Below, piece after piece: positions 19,168-28,653 of a DNA stretch of 64,000 nucleotides; the first letter of the stretch is position 1, and every line of letters begins with the position of its first letter. Position numbers and translations under genes: made by a program. Source of the DNA: an uncultured Chloroflexia bacterium (GTDB lineage: Bacteria > Chloroflexota > Chloroflexia > Thermomicrobiales > UBA6265); contig CAVRUC010000002.1 in assembly GCA_963724295.1 (NCBI GenBank), positions 192,001-256,000 of the forward strand, read 5' to 3'. The notes under the pieces are model-generated. The model did no database searches and was not told the DNA's origin. It saw only the letters and a list, made by a program, of their open reading frames with translations.

Positions 19168-22071
19168 ATGCCCCAGTTCCCGGCTGGCACCGTGACCTTC
19201 CTCTTCACGGATATCGAGCAGAGCACGAAGGGCTGGGAGCGCGACGCCGCCGCGGCGCGCATCGCCGTCGAGCGTCACCTCGCGCTCGTACGTCAGAGCG
19301 TTGAGACCCACGGCGGAGTCCACTTCAAGACCGTCGGTGACGCAACGCAATCGGCCTTCGCCACCGCGCCGCAAGCTGTCGCCGCGGCACTGGCCGCGCA
19401 GCGCGCGCTCCTTGATGAGCCCTGGCCGGCTGCCGAGCAGCGGCCGCGCGTCCGCATGGCCCTTCACGCCGGGACGGCCGAGCCGCGTGACGGTGACTAC
19501 CTTGCCGCCCCTCTCAATCGGTTATCGCGTCTCCTCGACGCGGCCCACGGTGAGCAGATTCTGCTCAGCAGCACTGTCACCGGGCTGGCCAGGGACGCAC
19601 TGCCTGAGAGTGTCACCCTGAAGTCGCTGGGCGAGTTTCGCCTGCGCGACATCCTGCAACCAGAGGAGGTCTTTCAGCTCTGCCATCCCGCGCTGCGAGC
19701 TGACTTCCCGCCGCTCAACGCACCCGGCCATCTGCCTCACAACCTGCCGACGCACCCGACTCCGTTCCTGGGGCGGGAGCGGGAGGTGGAGGAGGCGGTT
19801 GCACTCCTGCTCCAGCCCGGAGTTCGGCTGCTGACCCTCACCGGGCCTGGTGGGGTCGGCAAGACGCGGTTGGGCACACGGGTCGCCGCGGAGGCGCTCG
19901 AGGCGTTCCCTGATGGCGCATTCATGGTCGATCTCGCCCGGTTGACCGATCCGGATCTAGTTCCGTCGGCTACCGCGACGGCGCTCGGGCTGCGGGAGCA
20001 GGCCGGGCAGACCCTGCCGCAGACGCTGGCTGACTATCTTCGCGAGCGAAAGATTCTGCTTCTGTTCGACAACTTCGAGCACGTCCTGACCGCTGCGACC
20101 CTCATCGCCGATCTCCTTGCCGCCGCTCCCGGCTTGAACGTGCTGGCGACGAGCCGTGCCCGGCTCGGCTTGCTGGCCGAGCGGGAGTACCGTGTCGAGC
20201 CGATGCCGATTCCCGATCAGGGATCGCTGCCGCCGCTAGAAGTGTTGTCGAGTTTTGACGCAATCGAGCTCTTCACCTCGCGCGCGCGGGCGCTCCGCCC
20301 CGACTTTTCGCTGACCAACGAGAACGCCTCCACTGTCGCCGAGATCGTCTGCCGGCTCGACGGCCTGCCGCTGGCGATCGAGCTCGCCGCGGCCCGGGTA
20401 AAACTCCTCTCACCGGAAGCACTTCTCGACCGCCTCGACCGCCGACTTTCGACGCTTACCGGTGGCGCGCGTGATCTGCCCGCACGACAGCGGACGCTGC
20501 GCGATACGATCGCCTGGAGCCATGACCTGCTCCCTCCGGCGGAGAAGACGCTTTTCCGAAGACTCAGCGTGTTCGTGGGCGGCTGGACGATCGAGGCGTC
20601 AGAGGCGATCGCCACCGTGGATGGCGGCGAGGCAGTCGACGCGTTCCAGGCGCTGGCCACCCTCGTCGACCAGAGTCTGGTTGACGAATGGCCGACGCCT
20701 GACACCCTCGCCAGCGAACCACGATACGGGATGCTCGAATCCATCCGCGAGTTCGCCACAGAGCGGCTCGCGGCGAGCGGCGAGATGATCCAGGTGGAAC
20801 GCGCGTTCGAAGCGTTCCTCATTACCCGCGCCAAAACGGCAGCGGCGGGTCTATCGGGTCCGGGACAGCTGGAGTGGTTGGAGCGACTCGAGGCCGATCA
20901 CGACAACCTGCGCGCCGCACTCGGCCGAGCACTCGAGCGGGGTGACGGAGAGGCTGCGCTTCAACTGGCGCCACGCCTCTGGCAGTTTTGGCGGCTGCGA
21001 GGGTATCTCGGTGAAGGGCGTTCGTGGCTGGAACGGGCACTGGCGGCGACTCCGCACGCTGATGCCGCACTCCGAGCTCTCGCCGAACTCGGATTGGGTG
21101 AAGTTTGCATCGATCTTGGTGACTACCCGGCCGCTGGCAAGCACTACCAGGCCTGTGTCGCCCTGCGCCGCGAGGCCGGGGACATGGTTGGCGTCGCTGA
21201 AGCGCTGACGAGCCTCGCGGTCGTCGCGCTGAACTTGCGGGACTACAGGGAAGCGCAGGCGCTGGGAGAAGAAGCGCTCCGCATCTCACGCGAGCACGGC
21301 GACATGCGCGTCACCGGTCGAACGCTGCACGATCTCGGCCTGATTGCCAGGGAGCAAGGGGATTACGAGCGCGCGCGCCAACTGTTTGAGGAATCGCTCG
21401 TGGTCTGGCGCAAGCTCAATGACCCGTTTTGGATCGCGAATGTCGCGTTGGGACTCGGCATCACTCACGTCCTGAATGGAAATTCGGAAGACGCCCAGGC
21501 TCCGCTAATGGAGGCAAGAGCCGTGTACGAGCGGCTTGGCGACCGTTTTGGCGTGGCGCTCGCCGAAACAGAACTGGGACATCTTGCCTGGATGTCCGGC
21601 GACAGCGACCAGGCCATCGCTCTCTTCGGGGAGGCATTGCGATACTTTGCCGCCATTGGTGCGACCGAGGCCATCGTCTATTGCCTAGAGTGGATTGGAG
21701 CCGCGGCGGCGGAACGGAATGATGCCACGGTCGCCCTCCACCTCCTTGGGGCAGCTGAGGCTGCTCGAATGACGCTGCTCCTCCCCCCAGCCGGTGAAAG
21801 AGACACGCGTCTCGTCAAGACCGGGATCAACGCTGCGGCAAAGGCGGCTGGCCGCAATACTGAGTCGTTTCTTGCAGCCGGCCGGAAGCTCAGCCTCGAT
21901 CAGTCCCGCAATGAGGCACTCCGATTCGTCGAACACCTGACTGCCGGCCCCTCTGCCCCCCTTGGCGCTGATCACACAGTCGATCAACCGCTACGGCAAT
22001 TGGGGGCCGGGTTGAAGAATGCCCAAGCCGCGGCATTCGAGAAAAGTTCGGTTGTGACAGAGGTGCTCTGA
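19168..22071 (+). CDS. Class III nucleotide cyclase + STAND NTPase (NB-ARC-like) + TPR protein
   Basis: TFLFTDIE, FKTVGD, RMALHAG, LNRLSR cyclase motifs; [30 protein letters not shown]-terminal TPRs. Confidence 0.93.
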   Translation: MPQFPAGTVTFLFTDIEQSTKGWERDAAAARIAVERHLALVRQSVETHGGVHFKTVGDATQSAFATAPQAVAAALAAQRALLDEPWPAAEQRPRVRMALHAGTAEPRDGDYLAAPLNRLSRLLDAAHGEQILLSSTVTGLARDALPESVTLKSLGEFRLRDILQPEEVFQLCHPALRADFPPLNAPGHLPHNLPTHPTPFLGREREVEEAVALLLQPGVRLLTLTGPGGVGKTRLGTRVAAEALEAFPDGAFMVDLARLTDPDLVPSATATALGLREQAGQTLPQTLADYLRERKILLLFDNFEHVLTAATLIADLLAAAPGLNVLATSRARLGLLAEREYRVEPMPIPDQGSLPPLEVLSSFDAIELFTSRARALRPDFSLTNENASTVAEIVCRLDGLPLAIELAAARVKLLSPEALLDRLDRRLSTLTGGARDLPARQRTLRDTIAWSHDLLPPAEKTLFRRLSVFVGGWTIEASEAIATVDGGEAVDAFQALATLVDQSLVDEWPTPDTLASEPRYGMLESIREFATERLAASGEMIQVERAFEAFLITRAKTAAAGLSGPGQLEWLERLEADHDNLRAALGRALERGDGEAALQLAPRLWQFWRLRGYLGEGRSWLERALAATPHADAALRALAELGLGEVCIDLGDYPAAGKHYQACVALRREAGDMVGVAEALTSLAVVALNLRDYREAQALGEEALRISREHGDMRVTGRTLHDLGLIAREQGDYERARQLFEESLVVWRKLNDPFWIANVALGLGITHVLNGNSEDAQAPLMEARAVYERLGDRFGVALAETELGHLAWMSGDSDQAIALFGEALRYFAAIGATEAIVYCLEWIGAAAAERNDATVALHLLGAAEAARMTLLLPPAGERDTRLVKTGINAAAKAAGRNTESFLAAGRKLSLDQSRNEALRFVEHLTAGPSAPLGADHTVDQPLRQLGAGLKNAQAAAFEKSSVVTEVL

Positions 22072-22847
22072 TTGGCGGCGATGCCCTCAGCAGCGGGTGT
22101 TCCCTCAATTGCCGACTTCGTGAATGCCGTCCTGGACTGGGCCCAGGAGAACTCCTCGCCTGATAGCGGATAGACGAATAACTCCCCTGTCGTTCCCGGT
22201 ACGGCCCACGTATTCATCAGGCACCACACGCAGAGCCCTCCGGCTGGGGCGAGAATCCAGTCGCCGGGCAGGAGCTGGACGGCGGTTCGCTCATCCTGCC
22301 TGGCCAGCTCTCCGTCGACCCTGGGAGCAGGCACCGTGCACATTTCCGTACATGGGTCTCCCTTCTCGTCCAGGAGGGAGTCGGGGGAATCTTCGTTCAA
22401 TTCGTAATACGCTTCGTTGGGATCACTACTCGTGTTTTCGAGCAACGAGATCGCTCGATCGCCTGCCGGATTCACGATGAATGACGTGGGCGGCATCACG
22501 TCGAGGACGAATTCCCCCTCGCTGACATACACGGCCATGAACGGGGCATCTGGGACTTCAGGAATGTGAGCGTGGAAAGCCTCAGCCTTCTCGTCGGACT
22601 TCACGTTAGGGATCTCCACCGAGTTATCGAAGGACACACGGTGCCCTTCTTTAATCCGCTCGCGGAGGATGCCTGACGTTCCCAGGAACTCATCGAGCTG
22701 CGCCATCGGCGCCGCGTCCTCGTTGATCGTCACGCCCAACCACGCCTCGTCCACATAGCCCTCTGTCTCCTCAGCCCAGACGGAGAGGCTGCCAAGTGGT
22801 GCAATTGCGAGTAGCACCACGGTGATGGCGACAAGAAGACTCCGCAT
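21984..22847 (-). CDS. Exported Cys-motif protein, paralog 1 (ends WAFFNPAPNCRSG)
   Basis: Signal peptide, AGGAG RBS, shared motifs with 26079 and 41038 genes; overlaps the STAND gene 3' end by 88 nt. Confidence 0.85.
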   Translation of the reverse strand: MRSLLVAITVVLLAIAPLGSLSVWAEETEGYVDEAWLGVTINEDAAPMAQLDEFLGTSGILRERIKEGHRVSFDNSVEIPNVKSDEKAEAFHAHIPEVPDAPFMAVYVSEGEFVLDVMPPTSFIVNPAGDRAISLLENTSSDPNEAYYELNEDSPDSLLDEKGDPCTEMCTVPAPRVDGELARQDERTAVQLLPGDWILAPAGGLCVWCLMNTWAVPGTTGELFVYPLSGEEFSWAQSRTAFTKSAIEGTPAAEGIAANQSTSVTTELFSNAAAWAFFNPAPNCRSG

Positions 22848-22922
22848 CGCGTGCTCCTATCTGCGAGAGATCGCGCTCGATCCGGAAGAACTCGTTCCAA
22901 GCCTAGCGTGGAGACGGACCGC

Positions 22923-22951
22923 AGCATAGCGGCCAACTGTCACACAAGCAA
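22923..22951 (-). promoter_or_regulatory. sigma70-like promoter TTGCTT-N17-TATGCT
   Basis: Read directly on minus strand; equivalent promoter before both paralogs. Confidence 0.7.
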
Positions 22952-22992
22952 TACCGTCTCTCTTGCGTTCGGCAAACTTGGTCACGAGTACA

Positions 22993-23220
22993 TCATTTAT
23001 GGGCGGAGTCCCGGGCGGTGGGGTAGGCAAACCCCATCGGGGGGCGAGCAGTTTCGCGATCTGAACCCTGGGCCACACGGCACTGCAGAATGAAGGCCGC
23101 GCGGCGGTGAACGGGGGAGAGCGCACGGCTGTCGACGATCAGGCCGACGCGCTGAAGTCGGATCGCCGTCTGATGGAGCGTCTCAGCAGCCTCGACGAGG
23201 GCTGCGTTGGTGGCGGTCAT
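22993..23220 (-). CDS. Small hypothetical protein
   Basis: CAGGAG RBS before ATG; third gene of a small minus-strand cluster. Confidence 0.45.
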   Translation of the reverse strand: MTATNAALVEAAETLHQTAIRLQRVGLIVDSRALSPVHRRAAFILQCRVAQGSDRETARPPMGFAYPTARDSAHK

Positions 23221-23346
23221 AGCGATCTCCTGAGTAGGCCCCGGGACGGGGCGATGCGCGGGCGAGTAAGACGGATGGTGGCGGGAGCCACCCGGGACGG
23301 TTCGTCCACCCAGGGAGCGAACCGTCTGGAGGCGCCGGTTTGGGGT

Positions 23347-23607
23347 TCAGCCGTGAGACCCCGCCTCGGCTACCGGTGTGGGTCGAGCCGGAAGTGGGAC
23401 CCGCAGCCAGCAGGCAACGCGGGTACGCCAGGAGACCGCCGGTCGGGACGCAGAACCCGCGTGCCGCTGGCTGACCATTCCCTGGTGCGGGGTAGCGGAC
23501 GCAGCCGCGCGGGTAGCCGCGTGCCACTGTGTCGCCTCACGCCGCGGCTCGTGCTGGCGCTGGTGGGCGGTGGTGGCGGTCAGGTGCGGACACTGAGAAA
23601 GGCTCAT
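23347..23607 (-). CDS. Small hypothetical protein (A..RQ.E...EA helix)
   Basis: AAAGGAG RBS; loose similarity to 27421 protein. Confidence 0.5.
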   Translation of the reverse strand: MSLSQCPHLTATTAHQRQHEPRREATQWHAATRAAASATPHQGMVSQRHAGSASRPAVSWRTRVACWLRVPLPARPTPVAEAGSHG

Positions 23608-23664
23608 CGTCAGCTCCTTTCTGCGATGCTTGGCCGCTCGTCGCGGCTGCCGGGTCTCACGGAG

Positions 23665-24012
23665 CTAGAGCAATCCGATGCGGGCCGCGGTCATGACCGC
23701 CGCCGTGCGGGAGGGGACCTCAAGCTTGGCCAGGATGTTAGCGACATGGCAATTGATGGTGCGGCGGCTCAGGTAGAGGTGGTCGGCGATGCGCTGGTCG
23801 GTGTCGCCGCGTGCCAGCAGATGCAGTACCTCCAGTTCACGCTGCGTCAAGCGCCGGGGTCCACCCAGCGCCGCGATTCGTGCCAGCTTGCCCGGCTGAG
23901 GCGCGCCGCCAGACAGGAAGCTGACCCAGGTGGGGTGGACACCGGTACGCTCGAAGCGGGTGCGGCGGGCGGCGATCTTGCGCAGAACCGATCGTTGTGG
24001 CTGCTTGGTCAT
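23665..24012 (-). CDS. Stand-alone LuxR/NarL-type HTH regulator
   Basis: LTQRELEVLHLLARG.TDQRIADHLYLSRRTINCHVANILAKLEV.SRTAAV; AAAGGAG RBS. Confidence 0.9.
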   Translation of the reverse strand: MTKQPQRSVLRKIAARRTRFERTGVHPTWVSFLSGGAPQPGKLARIAALGGPRRLTQRELEVLHLLARGDTDQRIADHLYLSRRTINCHVANILAKLEVPSRTAAVMTAARIGLL

Positions 24013-24227
24013 GGTTGGCTCCTTTCGGGTGACCCACCACCGTACGAGCGGGGCGGGTCTCGGCTCGGCAGCATCGAGTCGTGGTCTCGATGGTGGCTAT
24101 CGTGGGGCAGCCCAGTTAGCCAACCGTTAGCTGAGCGTTAGCCAGATTCGTCTCCGCGGGCGGCCCGGCCAGTCCATCTGGCACACCTCGACTATGCCCC
24201 CGACGGCGTGGGGTGGCATGAGGGGGA

Positions 24228-24297
24228 TCTCCCCAGATTTCTCCGTAGGTTTCTCAGTAGATGTGCGGATGCCAACGAGACGCGGCGGGCGCATGCT
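24228..24297 (+). promoter_or_regulatory. Conserved promoter motif copy 1: (TC.GTAG)x2, 12-bp period, then TGTGCGGATG-N20-CATGCT
   Basis: Same motif and spacing at 25127 and 27323. Confidence 0.75.
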
Positions 24298-24335
24298 AGG
24301 AGCCTGTCAAAGAGAGATGAGCACGAGGGCCGAGC

Positions 24336-24631
24336 ATGAACGCGTATGCCACGATGGACCGGCCAGGATTCAGCTACATCGCACCGCGGCCGTCCATCGC
24401 GCGAACCGGTTCATGGTCGGTGCCTCCCCTGTCGCGCTTGAGCCACTGCGAGGGTGGGAAGCCGAAGCCGAGGTGGAACGGGCTGCTGAAGCAGTATGGC
24501 GTCACGCCGCATGGCAGCAGTGCGCGCATCTCGCTGCTTTGACAGAGGATCGACGCGGCGCTGGTCCGCGCTGGAGACCGTCTGCTGACAGGGGGACTAC
24601 TCATGGAGATAGCACGCCTTCAGCCCGGTGA
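24336..24631 (+). pseudogene. Degraded paralog of the 27421 small protein
   Basis: MNAYAT.., RIQ..VALE..RGWEAEAE.ER, LLKQY.VT..SS.RISLL*..AALVRAGDRL spread over two frames with an internal stop. Confidence 0.7.
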
Positions 24632-25126
24632 TGGGACAGCGCAGTACCCGTATCCCCTGTATGCAAGCGAGATTCCGGGTGGAGGCCCGACGTGATGAGC
24701 GCCCGCCTCCACTCCACGCGGGGTCAGCTCAGGATTCAGCCGCCCAACGTCGCGGCCGCCCGTCGCGCAGAAGGGCTGATGAACGCCGCCTCCCTTGTCG
24801 CGTCGGTTCCCGCCGCAGTGAACGCGGCGGTCTGTCTGCTGTTGCGCAGGAAAGCGACCCGCTTTGCACTATTCCTCCGCCTCGCGACGAGACGCCCACC
24901 TCGGGGCCTCCTCGCCGAGTTGTTGTGACCGCTTGGCGCCACGATTGGAGCGTCCCGCGTACGTGGTGTGGGAAAAGCAAACTGCCTGCTCCCTCGCAAT
25001 CTCGTGGGCAACTGGAGCCGTGCTAACCGACGCAAGGTTGCCGCTCCAGCTGCACTCCACGGATTGCTCTAGCACCACAGACACCTCCGCTCGTGCGCAT
25101 CCCGATCGACGCGTACACGAGGGAAA

Positions 25127-25184
25127 TCTCGGTAGGTTCGTCGGTAGTTGTGCGGATGGCAACGGAACGCCGCGGGCGCATGCT
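25127..25184 (+). promoter_or_regulatory. Conserved promoter motif copy 2
   Basis: tctcggtag-gtt-cgtcggtag-ttgtgcggatg-N20-catgct. Confidence 0.75.
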
Positions 25185-25267
25185 ACGAGCGTGCCAACGA
25201 GAGCAGCACCGGGGCCTGGACAGCCCAGGAACCGAGGACGACGCCCAAGAAGGAGATAAGCAAGACG

Positions 25268-25855
25268 ATGAGCCATTTCGTGTCCAAGTCCGTGGTCAGC
25301 CGCCTGCTGCCTGTCGCGACGGGGCTGATACTATTCGGATTCGCCGCCAGTGCGAACTTGCAGCCTGACAGCGCGCTCGCGTCTGTAGGGGAGAGTGCCG
25401 ACCTCGGTATCGGCGTGGTCTACCTGGAGGACGACAACAACGGAAACCGCGACGACGACAATCAAAACAATGACGAGAACCGGAACCACGGCGACGACAA
25501 CGGGAATAACGAGAACGATGGGAACAGCAACGGGAACCAGGACGACGACAATGGGAACCGCCACCACGGCAATGGCGAGGACCGGGAGGCTGACACCGGC
25601 CCGCAGATCGCTTCTGCCGGTAACGGCGGCGTGGCCACGGCCTCAGCTGACGGCGGCGTGGTGTTGATCGGCGACATCAACAGTGGCGGCAATGCTGGCA
25701 ATGCCATTGGCGTTGGCGATACGACCTGGGGGTCAGTTACGGTGGACGGCGGAGATGTCGCCAACTCGACCGGGATCGCCGTGACAGTGGATGGAGGCAC
25801 GGGGATCGCCGATGCGAGCGGGGGGAACGGCAACCTCGCAGGTGTCCAGGACTAA
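25268..25855 (+). CDS. Exported protein with D/N-rich linker and G/A/N/D-rich C-terminal domain
   Basis: Signal-like N-terminus, AAGGAG RBS, DDNNGN repeats, ASAGNGGVATASADGG...DINSGGNAGN...ADASGGNGN. Confidence 0.8.
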   Translation: MSHFVSKSVVSRLLPVATGLILFGFAASANLQPDSALASVGESADLGIGVVYLEDDNNGNRDDDNQNNDENRNHGDDNGNNENDGNSNGNQDDDNGNRHHGNGEDREADTGPQIASAGNGGVATASADGGVVLIGDINSGGNAGNAIGVGDTTWGSVTVDGGDVANSTGIAVTVDGGTGIADASGGNGNLAGVQD

Positions 25856-26078
25856 GAAGACTTCGTCGACAGCGCCGGTCGTGGAACGCTCCACGACCGG
25901 CATCATCGCGTGCGGTACGCGCGATGCCCGACCAGCTTCGAGTCTCGCGAAAGCACTGTTCGGCTTGCGGGTTCAAGAGTCCAGTGGACGGAAGCGAAGT
26001 GAGTTCTGACGTAGCGACCGCTGCCTGCCCGGTGGAGAGGTGGGGCGGTTCGCCGGCAACCGCATACGCGATTCAGAG

Positions 26079-26891
26079 TCAATGGCAGCCACTTGGTGGA
26101 TTGAATGCCCAGGTCATCGCAGACGTCAGCTCACGGTTCGAGTTCGGGGTTGCCGCGACGGACGATGTGGAGTCCCACGCCCGAACCCAGGAAAAACTCT
26201 CCGGATCATCTATGTTTTCAAGTTGCACAGAGACGAGCAAGAGGCCCGAGTCGGCTTCCGGCATTGGGGTTCGCGCTGAGGTTGCGGCTCCTTGATCGCT
26301 TGCTGCAGTTTCCGTCTCGAGCTCTGACCTTGTGCCATGAAGCAGGCACCAGAGGCAGAGAGCATCCCCTTGGGCAATGACTATATCTCCAGGTTTTACC
26401 TGGATTGCTCTGTTTAGTGGAAGGGCACACATATTCGTACAAATATTCCCCGCCGCATCCCTGACGTACCGATGTTGAGGTACGACGTATGGTGGCTCCT
26501 GGGTACTTGGAAGATCCACAAACTGAATGGGTGCCTCGCCGGCGGGGTCAACGATGAATGTTCCTTTTTCACCGACTTGAAGTGCGAAGATTCCTTGCTT
26601 GACTTCGACCACCATGAACTCTGTCTCGAACGTTGGACTATTGTCGTCTCTCGATAGGTTCTCCAAACGGGCATACTGCTCTGCGAAGTAGACCTCGTAT
26701 GGCTGAAGCACAGGACCTCTTTGAGGTGTCTGTGTCCCATTCTGGACGCGGGGACGAGTGACTCCTTCGAATTGCTCGGCGCTGGAAGGACGACCAAAGT
26801 CTGATTCTTTGTCCTGCGCTGCGGCAGGGAAGAAAGCAACTGGGGCAATCGCAACAGCAATAAGGATTGCGAGCATAAGCCGACGGCGCAT
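26079..26891 (-). CDS. Exported Cys-motif protein, paralog 2 (ends WAFNPPSGCH)
   Basis: Signal peptide ending AAA|Q, AAGGAG RBS, CTNMC, CLWCL, FSW motifs. Confidence 0.85.
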   Translation of the reverse strand: MRRRLMLAILIAVAIAPVAFFPAAAQDKESDFGRPSSAEQFEGVTRPRVQNGTQTPQRGPVLQPYEVYFAEQYARLENLSRDDNSPTFETEFMVVEVKQGIFALQVGEKGTFIVDPAGEAPIQFVDLPSTQEPPYVVPQHRYVRDAAGNICTNMCALPLNRAIQVKPGDIVIAQGDALCLWCLLHGTRSELETETAASDQGAATSARTPMPEADSGLLLVSVQLENIDDPESFSWVRAWDSTSSVAATPNSNRELTSAMTWAFNPPSGCH

Positions 26892-26950
26892 CAGGGACTC
26901 CTTCCAGCAATGCTCCAGAATGGCTACCCGGCAATACGCTAAGGAAACTC

Positions 26951-26979
26951 AGAATATCGCTAGTGAGTAATAATAGCAA
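26951..26979 (-). promoter_or_regulatory. sigma70-like promoter TTGCTA-N17-TATTCT
   Basis: Read directly on minus strand in an AT-rich patch. Confidence 0.7.
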
Positions 26980-27322
26980 TAGCTACTATCTTGCTCTTCA
27001 TTAATAACCAGTCGATCCCGTGATCTCGGCAGAGACAGGGGCTTTGCAACTCATCTTGCTTGCTTGGGAGTCGGCTACTTGCTGTTCCCGGAACGTCACC
27101 CTCTGTTCGATACCGATCTGCTCGACCACCTCATCAGCGGCCAAGGACGCTCGCTCTCACTCGAGCGCCCGGGGCTGGGCTTCCCGAAGACATGGGTCAT
27201 GAAGGTGATCGCCAATACTGGGACATCATCGATCTGGGTGATCGTCTGCAGGGCTGGCAGGGTTCCTTACTTTCGGCGAACTCCGCGTTGTCCCTTCCCG
27301 GTCACCACGTTCACGGGGCAAA

Positions 27323-27380
27323 CCTAGGTAGAAATCTCCGTAGTTGTGCCGATGGTAGCGGGATGTGGTGGACGCATGCT
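27323..27380 (+). promoter_or_regulatory. Conserved promoter motif copy 3
   Basis: cctaggtag-aaa-tctccgtag-ttgtgccgatg-N20-catgct. Confidence 0.75.
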
Positions 27381-27420
27381 TGGAGGGTATTACCGAGAGT
27401 CACATCGAAGGAGCCCAAGC

Positions 27421-27741
27421 ATGAACGCGTATACGACGAGAGGCGAGGCCAGGATTCAGCCGCGCGACGTTTCGACCGCCCTGCGAATGGGTGGGATCTC
27501 GCCTGGTGCCTCCCTCGTCGCACTTGAAAGGCAGCGCGGGTGGCAAGCCGAAGCCGAGGCGGAGCGACTGTTGAAGCAATGCCGAGTCACGTCGAGTGCG
27601 AGCACATCGCGCGTCTCGCTGCTTCGGCAGACGATCGGTGTGGCGCTGGTCCGCGCCGGAGAGCGCCTGACCGGCTCTTCCCGGAGGGACGCGTCGGTGG
27701 AATCGCTCCCTGTTGGGGGCACGCTCAGCTCAGCCAACTGA
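27421..27741 (+). CDS. Small hypothetical protein
   Basis: AAGGAG RBS; VALERQRGWQAEAEAERLL..RQTIGVALVRAGERL; degraded paralog at 24336. Confidence 0.75.
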   Translation: MNAYTTRGEARIQPRDVSTALRMGGISPGASLVALERQRGWQAEAEAERLLKQCRVTSSASTSRVSLLRQTIGVALVRAGERLTGSSRRDASVESLPVGGTLSSAN

Positions 27742-27778
27742 CCGCTTAGATCGCGGACGAGGTGCGCAGGTTACGTCC

Positions 27779-28300
27779 ATGACAGCGATCACTGACTCAG
27801 CAGTGCCGCCCGCCCTTGGTCCGAGCAGTTACTCGTTGGTTATGCTCGTTGTTGGCCTGGTTGCCATTATCAGTAGCGTCAGCTTGCTCGTCGACGGCGC
27901 AATGCTGCCCGATCCGCTATCGCTCCCCGTGGATATCCCCGGTGTGGTGGTGAACCGAGTTGCGGCAGCCCCAGTTGTCCCAGGTCGAGACGCGGTGCAG
28001 GGCACCGGAGTTCTGCGTTTCCACGTCACCGCCAATGAATCGACCGTCGCCGATCGCGGAGCAAGTCTGGCTATGACTCATGAACACCTCGGAGCAGTAC
28101 CGGCCGCACGCGTCTCGACCGGTGCTGATGGCCGAAAGCAGACCAATCGGACAACTGCGGATCCAGCGGCTGAGCTGGCAAGGGGCACGCGCGCGGAGTC
28201 AGTCCAATTGGCGACAATTGAGACCCGTTGGGATGATCCGCGAGCGTTGCTCCTCCGTACCGCGGCCTGGAGTCGCGACCGCGGGTGGACCAACGCGTGA
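27779..28300 (+). CDS. Hypothetical protein with one TM/signal segment
   Basis: Hydrophobic LVMLVVGLVAIISSVSLLV; start uncertain. Confidence 0.35.
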   Translation: MTAITDSAVPPALGPSSYSLVMLVVGLVAIISSVSLLVDGAMLPDPLSLPVDIPGVVVNRVAAAPVVPGRDAVQGTGVLRFHVTANESTVADRGASLAMTHEHLGAVPAARVSTGADGRKQTNRTTADPAAELARGTRAESVQLATIETRWDDPRALLLRTAAWSRDRGWTNA

Positions 28301-28653
28301 CGCGGTAGTCTGTCCAGGCAACCGCGTCCCTCACCGCGAGTCCGTCACTGGCAGCCGCATCGTGGCCAGGAGCCATGAAGCCTTTGCCACCATAGCTGCA
28401 GCGCGATGACCACCTGCGCCGCAATCTCCGGGTCGATCAACCGCTGGGTGATAGGAAGATAGATACGAATTTCTTGTCTGGCAACTCTGCGTCGAATCTC
28501 TTGCACCATGCTTGCCGTTCCGGATGTTCGACGTCGGAAGGTCTGACGGCGAAACCAAGGTTTCATCCCGTATTGTCGGCGAGCTATTTCCCGAGCCGCA
28601 CGTCGAAATGGAGCCGTAGCAACGCACGTCGCTTGTGGAGGCGTTAGAGACTT

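Noticed and set aside
19168..22071. Avs/NACHT-type antiphage STAND
   Set aside because: Architecture matches regulatory cyclase/AfsR-type STANDs; no nuclease, TIR or SIR2 effector and no defence genes nearby. Not strictly excluded
23107..24141. 344-aa plus-strand ORF
   Set aside because: Antisense to the LuxR gene and small RBS-supported ORFs; Arg/Gly-rich shadow composition
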